Part shown: positions 17,989 through 26,352 of the stretch, one piece after another
How positions within the stretch are numbered: position 1 is the stretch's first letter
How the letters are laid out: each line of letters opens with the position of its first letter
NCBI GenBank assembly: GCA_036395055.1
Contig: DASWDX010000523.1
Location: 1-49,710 of the forward strand
Reading direction: 5' to 3'
Source of the DNA: Pyrinomonadaceae bacterium
GTDB lineage: Bacteria; Acidobacteriota; Blastocatellia; Pyrinomonadales; Pyrinomonadaceae
DNA length: 49,710 nucleotides
Position numbers and translations under genes: made by a program
Notes under the pieces: generated by a model
What the model was told of the DNA's origin: nothing
The model's input: the letters and a program-made list of their open reading frames with translations, nothing else
The model's database searches: none

Positions 17989-19893
17989 CTAAGGCTTGTT
18001 TGGATCGGTGTTGTTCAGGTACTCCTCGAGATTGGTGTATCCATCGCGATCATTGTCGTTGGAACCATCAGCCGGGTCGTGCGGTTTCAATCCATGTCGA
18101 CGCTCCCACGAATCCGGCATGCCATCATTATCGCTGTCAACCGGCGCGGCTTTGGATTTCAGCGGCGGCCAGCCGCCAACTTGCGCCTGCGAATCGATGA
18201 TTGACCCTTTGCGCCGGCGCACCTCGCCTACGATCCGGGCATCGACTGAATCACGCCGCGGGAGTGAAGCGCCGACCATACGCAGCACTGCTTCATAAGC
18301 GCGTTGGGCGGAGACGGTCTCAACTGGCAGCGCGCTGAATGGTTGTGCGACGGGCTGCACTTGTTTCTTGCCATCGATCATCACCGGATCAAAAAACTGC
18401 GAATTGTCGGCAGTCAAAACTCGGTTGCCTTCGAACACGTTCTCTCGAATGTAGAAGCTCAAATCTGAAGGTCCACCAATATGAATCGGAGTGCCGGCTT
18501 TGCTAGCTGGACCCGGGCGAATGTAGTTCGCCACGTAATTTACCTTCAGCACTCCCTGAGTTAAGCCGGTAGCAATTTCACCGTAGTCGTAAATGACATT
18601 GTTACGAACATCGAACGTAGGGTAAGGCGGCCGTCCGTAGTTGTCGCCCAGCCGCGGGTTGCGCGAGTTGTTGTGCGCCCAAAGATTGTGATGCCAGGTT
18701 ACAGGACCGTTTGCCCGTGAGAGCGAGCCGTAGCCGTGCGCTCCTTTCGTATGCTTGCTGTGATTTAGACCTTCGGCAATCAGACACCATTGCACGGTGA
18801 CGTTCGAGACATTGCCTGCTAGCGATAGCGCCTCGTCTACAGACCAGGTTGCCGAGCAGTGATCGAGTATCACATTTTCCGCGCCTGAAGCCAGCGTGAT
18901 GCTGTCAGCCTCTTGTCCGCTCAAATCACCCAAACGACTGCGCAGATAACGCACAACGACATCATGTGTGGCGATAACGAACGTGTAGTTGCGAATACAA
19001 ATGCCGTCGCCCGGTGCCGTTTGTCCGGCGATCGTAAGGTAAGGATTCTTGATCACAATGGGCTTCGCGAGCGTAATCAAACCGGAGACACGGAAAACCA
19101 CCACCCGTGGCCCTTCAGCATCACAGGCTGCTCGGAAACTGCCGGGTCCCGCGTCGTCGAGGTTGGTAACAAGTATGGCCCGGCCTCCACGTCCACCCGG
19201 CGTTGTCGAGCCAAATCCTTCGGCGCCCGGGAATGCCGGCATCGTCCGCGATTCGCGCACTGCCGAGGCAGCTTGCGGCCCGACGCGTTTCGACTTCTCA
19301 CCGCTTCTCTTCACCTGTCTGCTGACTTCGATGATTCGCTCCAGATCGCGTCGCGCCTGTGTCGACAACTTCGCATCAATCACCACTGACTTTTCAAAAA
19401 CAGGGTTCTCAACAAATGCGTTAATAAGATTGCCCAGATCCAACAGCCACAAACGCACTTGCGCTATTCCGGTCTCAATGTTCGGGTCAGAGGGCTCAGC
19501 AATTTTTTCGATTTCAGGCAGAGCCAGATTTTCTCTGAGTCGTTCGGCGAGCTTTGTGATCTCAGACGCAGATTTTGCGACTACCCTCCGATCGAAGGGT
19601 TCGCTACGCGACGCAAATCTCTGCAGATGGTCATTAAGGATCTGAATGCGCAGGAAATCTTCTCTGATCTGGGCCAGGGTTATGCGCCACTCCCGTTCAG
19701 CGTGACGGCGCGGGCCCTCAGCCAACGCCCTCTCGATCGATTCCGATTCAAAACGGCGTTGTAACTCACGCTGAACCGGATCGGTTCGTCCTCGGGTTCC
19801 CGGAGTTACCCCGCTCTGTCCACAAGCCGAAATAGACACGAACAGAGAGACCATTGCTCCGAGGCCCAGTAGAAGACGTCTGACTCGCTTCAT
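17989..19893 (-). CDS. Pectate lyase (PL1-like parallel beta-helix) with lipoprotein signal, helical N-terminal region and C-terminal TSP3-type Ca-binding repeats
   Basis: Lipobox SISAC. AFPGAEGFGSTTPGGRGG...TIAGQTAPGDGI is typical of pectate lyases. The tail DSDNDGMPDSWE...DNDRDGYTNLEEY is D-x-D-x-D-G repeat sequence. Confidence 0.8.
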   Translation of the reverse strand: MKRVRRLLLGLGAMVSLFVSISACGQSGVTPGTRGRTDPVQRELQRRFESESIERALAEGPRRHAEREWRITLAQIREDFLRIQILNDHLQRFASRSEPFDRRVVAKSASEITKLAERLRENLALPEIEKIAEPSDPNIETGIAQVRLWLLDLGNLINAFVENPVFEKSVVIDAKLSTQARRDLERIIEVSRQVKRSGEKSKRVGPQAASAVRESRTMPAFPGAEGFGSTTPGGRGGRAILVTNLDDAGPGSFRAACDAEGPRVVVFRVSGLITLAKPIVIKNPYLTIAGQTAPGDGICIRNYTFVIATHDVVVRYLRSRLGDLSGQEADSITLASGAENVILDHCSATWSVDEALSLAGNVSNVTVQWCLIAEGLNHSKHTKGAHGYGSLSRANGPVTWHHNLWAHNNSRNPRLGDNYGRPPYPTFDVRNNVIYDYGEIATGLTQGVLKVNYVANYIRPGPASKAGTPIHIGGPSDLSFYIRENVFEGNRVLTADNSQFFDPVMIDGKKQVQPVAQPFSALPVETVSAQRAYEAVLRMVGASLPRRDSVDARIVGEVRRRKGSIIDSQAQVGGWPPLKSKAAPVDSDNDGMPDSWERRHGLKPHDPADGSNDNDRDGYTNLEEYLNNTDPNKP

Positions 19894-20005
19894 AGGGGCC
19901 TTCCTACAGTCTCACTCGATTATTGACTGTCGCTTTTTCAGATTCGCAAGATCCGCGTTCATCCGCGGCAAATTACCATCGAAAGCCGTTCCGCCAACAC
20001 TGCTT

Positions 20006-21060
20006 TCAATTCGACATTGAAGGGCTCCGCGCCATCTGCGGCACCCGGGTGATGGTGTAGTATTTCGCGATCATGTTAGGCACTTCCCAGGCAGGTAGTT
20101 TTCCTTCCCTGAGAAACGTCAAAAACTTTTCCATGACCTGAGCGAAGTGCGCTTCGTGATCGGTGCGATGCTTTTCAGGAATTAGGAGGTGCCACCGATT
20201 TCCCTCAGTGCGAAGTTCCAGCCCCGGATAGACTGCCTCCAGTTTGTTTACCGCCTGCTGCAAAGCTAACCAAAACTCCCGTGGCCGGGTGTGCCCCGCG
20301 ACTTCAACGTAAAGCTCGGGGCGATAGTTCTCTTCCTTGCCTTGATGAATAATGACGTTCGCTTTCGTTCCTCTCATGATCGAGAAGTGGTTGTTCGGGA
20401 AAGCTTTCCCACTGAATCAGGTCAACCAGATGCGTCGTGATATCAACTATGCCTTCGCCCTGCTGGGCGATATCAAAGAACCAGGGGGGACGACGCAGCG
20501 GTTTGCCGGAAACGTATTTGAAGAAGTGATGCACGCTCTCCTTGGTTACCGCCGGATGATCGACGCTGCCTTTGATCAAACGACCGAAGATCGCGGGGTC
20601 GTTGACCAACGCCTTTTGCAGGATCGTAGTAATCTCATAACGCTCCGTCATGATGTCGTAGAGCAGCAGGTGTTTTGCTGCTGCGGTCCTGAAGCTCGCC
20701 TTGAGCTCTTCGAAACCGGCAACGTCAATGCACATCGGCTTGTCGGCCAGGACATGGAGGCCGGCATTCAGGCTGCCTTTGATGTAATCAATCTTGTCAC
20801 GATTATTGCCGGCAATGACGACGACATTACCCGGCCGTTCGGCCAGCATCCGCTCGAAGAAATCGGAGCCGATGTAGAGCTTTTCTTCCCACTTGGTCGG
20901 GTTCGCGGATCGTGTGTTATAGGCTTCGACACGTTTCAAATGTTCGTCCAGGTCGGGGCCCGCCGGGGCGTAAACCGAAACGGCCGACGAAACCGATGGA
21001 TACATAACTTTCTGCACCAGCGACGCGTGGAAATGACTTCACTGATGAACCCAATCAGGT
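20006..21060 (-). pseudogene. Gfo/Idh/MocA-related 'putative oxidoreductase C-terminal domain' protein, disrupted
   Basis: Two overlapping ORFs in different frames (20304-21017 and 20006-20377). The junction reads ...QWESFPEQPLLDH | RGTKANVIIHQGKEENY, which is a frameshift or an out-of-frame internal deletion. Upstream, HFHASLVQKVMYP is preceded by an in-frame TGA, with LIGFISEV in another frame, so the N-terminus is also broken. Confidence 0.6.
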
Positions 21061-21187
21061 TTATATCGCATTAATCCTCGATCAGATTCCTGGCTAAACA
21101 GTTCAACGGGTAGCGCAGCGGCAGGCACTCATCGTCGTCCCTGACGCGCGTAACATGCGTGATCGATCAAACTTATTCATCTCCTTA

Positions 21188-21220
21188 ACAAAGAAGGGCG
21201 CATGAAGCGCCCCTCTTTAA
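21188..21220 (-). terminator. Rho-independent-type terminator after the TonB-dependent receptor gene
   Basis: On the minus strand: GGGCGC-UUCAU-GCGCCC followed by UUCUUUGUU, about 25 nt after the stop at 21245. Confidence 0.5.
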
Positions 21221-21244
21221 TGGTAAACGCCTGCCGCAGGTTGG

Positions 21245-24200
21245 CTAGAAAACGAGCCGCAAACCATACTGGACTTCGCGGCCGTTGTAAGCCACGAGCT
21301 TTGTGGTGACCCTGCCGAAATTCGCGTTGTTGAAGTCAACGATCGGATTCGCAAGATTGACGTGATTGAAGACGTTGTATGACTCAGCGCGTACCTCCAA
21401 CCTGAATCTCTCGGTTAGGCTGAATGACTTGCTGATGGTCATGTCGGTTTGCCAAATCCCCGGGCCCTCGACTCCCGGGAATGTCCAGGGGTTGTCCCGG
21501 CGATGGAGGTTTGGGGGGAGGGCTGGATTCGTCGACGTCGGCAACGGATGAAACTTGCTGGTGTCGAACCATTTGGACTGAGTCGGATTGCTTAGCTTTG
21601 GATTGCCATCCACAATCAGGTTCTGGTTGAAGAAGAGTGGTCTGCCGGAATAGAGGCGCGTAATCGTTGTAACCGTCCAGCCGCCCACGATCATGTCGAC
21701 TCCTTTCGGGGCATCGTTTAATAACGAGCGTCCTTTGCCCACCGGGATGTCCCAACTCACGGCGCTGGTCAAGCGACGTCGAGGCGTATCCGTATCGCGC
21801 CACTCAAACTTGCGCGCGTAAGTAGCGAAGTCGTCGAAGAATTCCTGTGTCCGTTCCCGCTGGTAGGCGAAGGCAAAAAGCACGCTTAGACCCTTAGCGA
21901 AGGGACGCTGCGCCTGAACCTCGAAAGAGTGCAAGTGTTCTCCCTTGCCGGCCGTGTTTGTCTGGTTGATCACGCCATACTGCGGGTAAGGCCGCAACAG
22001 CGCGCCTTGCGTGATCGTGGTCTGGCTGCGCAGTGTGCCCGGGAACTTATTCGGTGTCAGATAGTTCAGGAAGGGGTTGGCTATCGATAGGTTGAAGATG
22101 GATCTTGGCGTCTCGTAAGAAAACGCGGGATCAGCCATGTTCAAGTCAACCGCATAAGGCACGTTCCGTCCTTTGTTGTAGAAGTACTCGACGTCGAGGA
22201 TAAATCGACCCCAAACCTCGCGCTGATATGAGAAGCTGAAGCGATCGTTAACTTGCGGCTTCACATCAAACGGGTCTATGCCGTTGGTTGCATTTCCGGC
22301 GGCTCCAATGGAATTACCCAGGTTTGTATAGCGGCCAAGCGATTGGCCCACGGGCTGTTGAATCGGAGCAAGGGCGACTGGGAATGGGTTAGACAGAGTA
22401 GCTTGCGGCCGACCGTTGCTGATTGTTCCGGGCGCTGGCGTGCTGGTAGAGAAACCGGCGTACTGGTTAACGAAATCGCCGAGCGGATCGCGGATTCTCG
22501 ACGACGGAGAGACGTACCGGCCCCAGCCGAACCGGACCACCGACTTTTCACTGAGTCGAAAGGCCCCACCGAGCCGAGGCTGCACTGTAATCTTCTCCCG
22601 GCGCCAGGCGCTGCGACTGTCCGCACTCGTAAAGATCCATGCGCCATTGAAAATATGCTTCTCGCCCTTGCTTGCCAGCAAGTTCGTGACTGTGGCTGGA
22701 ATCGCGGGTGGAGTGGCGATCATTTCCGGAATTGGTTGGGTTAGATCGAGCCGCTGCGACAAGCGGTTCTGCGCGTCAACCGGCCCCGGCTCATACTCGT
22801 AACGCAGACCGAGATTAAGAGTAAGCCGGCTGTTAACTTTGAAATCATCCATAAAGTAGCCGGCATACCCTTTCTCAACCGTCTCCTGGATTGGCACGCG
22901 TGCCGCAATCGAAGAGTTATCGATGTAACCCAGCATGAACGTGGCCCATTCGCTGCCAGAGTTGGTTAGGTTGGGGCTTGAGTTGGCGTTGGCTGTGAGT
23001 GTCTGCTTGATGCTAAAGGTCAGAGGCTCAAATCGCGCTCCCTTCCCTTTATCGACTCTATATTCACCGCCAAACTTCATTGAGTGCTTGCCGGCGTAGT
23101 AATTCAAACGGGCCGAACCGCCAAAGCCCTGCGGATGCTGCCAAAACTCACGGCCGGGGCGGCCCAAACGAGTAGTGGTGCTTCCCTGAACAAAGTCGAA
23201 GGCCGGATAGAAATACTGGTCTAGTGTGTACAGCGATGACCAGAAGTTCGTTGGAAATAAGTTCGCTATACCGTCTTTGCCAATCAAGGCTGGGTCGGCG
23301 GCATACTCATCTGTAAGTTGGTGGTAGTTGGCGCGAACGTTCACCGTCATCTTGGGCGAAACAGTGTAAACAGAATCGGCAGCGATGCTCAGACCATATC
23401 GATTACTGCCATTGACCGGCAAAAGTTTTTTGCTCGTGGGGTTCGACTCGAGGAGACGTGCCTTGAATTGGCCATACCGGACAAATGTCCTCCAGTTATC
23501 TGAGTAAACCCAATCGACGCGCTCAGAAAAATTCCAGTAGGATGTCTGATTGACCTTGAAGCCCTGTAGATTGTCCTGGCTGCCCGGCAGATTGGGAAGC
23601 GGCAGCTCCGCAAGCAATTTCAACGCTGTCTGGTCGAGCCGGCCGGTCGGAATGATATTTCCATTAAACTGCGTGCGCGTGCCGCTGGAGCCGGTGGAAG
23701 TCAGCGGGTCAAAGATGTTGCGGATGACGCCGTTACGAACCGACTGACTGAAATTGCCGGCCCGCTCCAGCTCGGTCGGTACGGTTAGAGTAAATGGCAG
23801 CGGTTGAGCGTCATTCCAATGCTCATACGAGGTGAAAGTGAAGAGCTTGTTCTTGATGAGTGGACCACCAAACGTGCCACCATAAATCTTCAGGTTCGTC
23901 CCTCGGAAATTCCTTTCGTCGGCGCCGGCCGTCCGCTTGATTGTCGGATCGGTTACGGCATTGAATCTGGGGTTGCGCCAGTTGGCAATGCCGCTGCCAT
24001 GATACGCATTTGTCCCGCCTTTCATGTTCAGCACGATGACGCCGCCTGCGCTATAGCCGAACTCCGAGTCGATGGCATTCTTCTGAAACGTTACTTCCTG
24101 TACGGCGTCCATCGCCGGCGTGTAGGAACTCTTATAGCTGGAGGTGAGTGGCACGCCGTCGAGCAGAACATCGTTGGCTCTTATGGTGCCGCCGCCCGCA

Positions 24201-24763
24201 TCGAAGTCGCTGGCATACGCGTGGTGGTAGGGCCGGTTTTCGTTTGACGTCGAACCGGTGCCTGGGGAAACAGTCGGATCCAGATTAGTTACGTTATATG
24301 GATTGCGTCCTCTAACCGGCAATTGGTCGATCAGCTTGTTTTCGATCGTCAAGAGCGTGCTGCTCGAACCAAACTGGACCGCGATGGGTGGCGATTCAAC
24401 GGTTACCGTTTCCTGAACTCCACCAACTGACAGTTTAAGGTCCACTGTAATGTCAGCCCGGTTTCGGACGATCACATTTTCCTGCACAGCTTTTTTGAAA
24501 CCTGTCAGCTCAACGACAACGATATATTCGCCCGGCTCCACGAAGTCGAAGATGTAATGCCCTTCGCCATTTGACCGGCGTGTAACCTCCACAGTTGTCT
24601 GAATATTGCGCAGCACTACCTGGGCTCCGGGAATTGCGGCACCGGACTCGTCGGTGACGCTTCCCTGGACCTTGCCGCGATAGTCCTGAGCGGCGACGGA
24701 CGATACCATTACGAAAAGCAACACAATCACCGAGATGCCAAACCGATAGTTCAGAGAAGTCAT
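21245..24763 (-). CDS. TonB-dependent outer-membrane receptor with carboxypeptidase-regulatory-like N-terminal domain
   Basis: Signal peptide MTSLNYRFGISVIVLLFVMVSSVAAQ. CarbopepD_reg-like sequence GSVTDESGAAIPGAQVVL...GEYIVVVELTGF. Long beta-barrel ending in ...YGLRLVF. The ATG at 24763 has GGAGG 6 nt upstream, and the 24868 start is rejected. Confidence 0.85.
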   Translation of the reverse strand: MTSLNYRFGISVIVLLFVMVSSVAAQDYRGKVQGSVTDESGAAIPGAQVVLRNIQTTVEVTRRSNGEGHYIFDFVEPGEYIVVVELTGFKKAVQENVIVRNRADITVDLKLSVGGVQETVTVESPPIAVQFGSSSTLLTIENKLIDQLPVRGRNPYNVTNLDPTVSPGTGSTSNENRPYHHAYASDFDAGGGTIRANDVLLDGVPLTSSYKSSYTPAMDAVQEVTFQKNAIDSEFGYSAGGVIVLNMKGGTNAYHGSGIANWRNPRFNAVTDPTIKRTAGADERNFRGTNLKIYGGTFGGPLIKNKLFTFTSYEHWNDAQPLPFTLTVPTELERAGNFSQSVRNGVIRNIFDPLTSTGSSGTRTQFNGNIIPTGRLDQTALKLLAELPLPNLPGSQDNLQGFKVNQTSYWNFSERVDWVYSDNWRTFVRYGQFKARLLESNPTSKKLLPVNGSNRYGLSIAADSVYTVSPKMTVNVRANYHQLTDEYAADPALIGKDGIANLFPTNFWSSLYTLDQYFYPAFDFVQGSTTTRLGRPGREFWQHPQGFGGSARLNYYAGKHSMKFGGEYRVDKGKGARFEPLTFSIKQTLTANANSSPNLTNSGSEWATFMLGYIDNSSIAARVPIQETVEKGYAGYFMDDFKVNSRLTLNLGLRYEYEPGPVDAQNRLSQRLDLTQPIPEMIATPPAIPATVTNLLASKGEKHIFNGAWIFTSADSRSAWRREKITVQPRLGGAFRLSEKSVVRFGWGRYVSPSSRIRDPLGDFVNQYAGFSTSTPAPGTISNGRPQATLSNPFPVALAPIQQPVGQSLGRYTNLGNSIGAAGNATNGIDPFDVKPQVNDRFSFSYQREVWGRFILDVEYFYNKGRNVPYAVDLNMADPAFSYETPRSIFNLSIANPFLNYLTPNKFPGTLRSQTTITQGALLRPYPQYGVINQTNTAGKGEHLHSFEVQAQRPFAKGLSVLFAFAYQRERTQEFFDDFATYARKFEWRDTDTPRRRLTSAVSWDIPVGKGRSLLNDAPKGVDMIVGGWTVTTITRLYSGRPLFFNQNLIVDGNPKLSNPTQSKWFDTSKFHPLPTSTNPALPPNLHRRDNPWTFPGVEGPGIWQTDMTISKSFSLTERFRLEVRAESYNVFNHVNLANPIVDFNNANFGRVTTKLVAYNGREVQYGLRLVF

Positions 24764-24976
24764 TTTCAACCTCCAGAGTCTTGAAGAGAAAAGTCTATCC
24801 CTCAGGATGTTTGCCTTGTAAGAAGCCGGAGCCCGCGTGGGCTCCAGCGCTTGCGCGCGACCGGGCAATGATTGTCATTCTGAAACCGAGCGGATGCTGG
24901 CCTCGAAATTCAGGACAGGGCAAGTCACCCCCCTCTCAACGGGAATGATCCGGACCTAACCCCTACGAGAAGCTCC

Positions 24977-24989
24977 TTGGTCTTACCAA
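24977..24989. promoter_or_regulatory. Perfect operator-like palindrome TTGGTCTTACCAA
   Basis: TTGGT-N3-ACCAA, 214 nt upstream of the TonB-dependent receptor ATG. It has the same half-sites as the sites at 6418, 6597 and 10509. Confidence 0.45.
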
Positions 24990-25254
24990 TTAGCCGAATT
25001 CCCTAAGTCTCAGATTTTCCGGCAAGCAGTTACTGGCCAAGGATGGCCTTTGCTGGACTCGTTTCGAGAACCGACTGGCTCTCGGTTCAACAAGCCAATA
25101 AAGAACAGTTACAACCTAGGTTTTTTAAGCGGGGTTCAAGCTTTGCCCTGCAAGACACAACCTTATATTGCGCTAATCTGAAACGGCCGTATTCTCTGTC
25201 AGCTCACGAAATCTGTCAAGCCCTTTTCTGACCAATTTACAACATGTATACCTG

Positions 25255-25473
25255 TGGGTCTTACCAGTCACCGTTTGAACGGCAGGAGTGGTTAGGGCTC
25301 TACGTCGCCAGGTACAAAGCGACAACCCACTAATTGACAGCGGCGTGAGCCCTGCGACGGTGAAGGAATGGACGGGATGGTCCGACTCTGCTTTTGCTCT
25401 TTACTACCCGCACGCGACCAGGAATCGAGCGAGAAAGCAGGCCGAGAATTGGAGCGGTTGGCGGGGAGAATAA
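25255..25473 (+). pseudogene. Tyrosine recombinase (phage integrase family) C-terminal remnant
   Basis: GLTSHRL (H-x-x-R box) is followed by a stop and a frame change, then ...LIDSGVSPATVKEWTGWSDSAFALYYPH, which resembles the Gv....v.e.lGHsd......Y.H box II with the catalytic Tyr. No N-terminal part was found. Confidence 0.4.
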
Positions 25474-25552
25474 TGGCTTAGACCGGATCGCATTGGAGCG
25501 ATGTGGCAGTAATCCTGATGCGCGGATTTGCTGAGAAAAACAAAAATCCTGG

Positions 25553-25720
25553 TGCCGAAGGGGGGGAACGATTTCGGCAATTCTGCTAACTTGTTATACA
25601 CCAACGACGTTCGCGCAACCAATTATCTAGTCGTGGTTTGCCGAACTTCTCTTTAGTGCTCCGAGGTCTAAATAATCTCTCTGGTGCTCTCCAATAATAG
25701 ACACCAAACAGATACAAAAA
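25553..25720 (+). repeat. Noncoding repeat, copy A (partner at 40933-41103)
   Basis: Both copies share TGCCGAAGGGGGGA at the left end. They also share GTGCTCTC-nn-ATAATAGACACCAAACAGA at the right end, with a 19-nt perfect core at 25694-25712. The spacing between the two anchors is 141 nt here and 143 nt in copy B. Confidence 0.7.
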
Positions 25721-26352
25721 AATGTTTTCTCATGACGCTCTTAAAACCGAATTACTATGGCGGTGCCTAATCGAACAAACAGAGCTAGATCACTTCCGGC
25801 GATGCGAATCTACCAATCAACTGCTTCGAGTTCAATTTAATCCATCGCGCCGGTTCTTAGAAAGGGACATGAAAACTGAGTGCCACGCTGCATCGGACCG
25901 AACTCATGCCGTGTGAAAAATCTTCCGGTCGCCTCTTAAAGCGGGCACTCGTTGAAAACATCACGCTTGCTCTCTCCCAAGGCTCGTGCCAGCTTCGGCA
26001 GTCTACCGGCACCGAAAAGAAGAATCTCGATGTGCATACCTGCTCGTGTCCGGAGGCAGGAACATAGCGTCAAGAGAAACGACGATAAGACAGCTTTCAT
26101 GGCACCGCAGGTTAGCAGCCGATACTGCTAACTTCAATGAGCATACTGAGGACGGAGTATTGGTAGGGACAGGCCCCAGCTGTCTCCCATTCCTGCTCTT
26201 CAGCGCAGGCGTACTGTGGAGATGATCTGGAGCAAGCATCTGGCCGATGAAAGACTTCAAATAGAATTTTAGCGCAGCTGAATTTCTTGACTTTCCCTTC
26301 GAATATATTAAAGTCGAGCCCCTAATGCAGTAAGTCAAGTCTGTTTTCGCAG

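Noticed and set aside
20352-21074. 240-aa plus-strand ORF
   Set aside because: It is antisense to the oxidoreductase pseudogene, whose minus-strand frames carry recognisable family motifs.
24764-24868. 35-codon N-terminal extension of the TonB-dependent receptor ORF
   Set aside because: The internal ATG at 24763 has GGAGG at 6 nt and gives a normal signal peptide. The extension has neither.
25258-25269. Fifth GGT-N3-ACC site (GGGTCTTACCAG)
   Set aside because: It has imperfect outer half-sites and lies inside the integrase remnant about 500 nt from the receptor start, so it is probably coincidental.
25549-25640. tRNA-Leu-like 3' end on the minus strand (TGGTGCCGAAGGGGGGAA..., which reverse-complements to ...CCCCCCTTCGGCACCA)
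   Set aside because: The acceptor/CCA-like end is suggestive of an att site in a tRNA gene. However, no T-arm, anticodon arm or matching 5' acceptor strand can be built. It may be a highly degraded relic or simply a hairpin (GCCGAA...TTCGGC) followed by a T-run.
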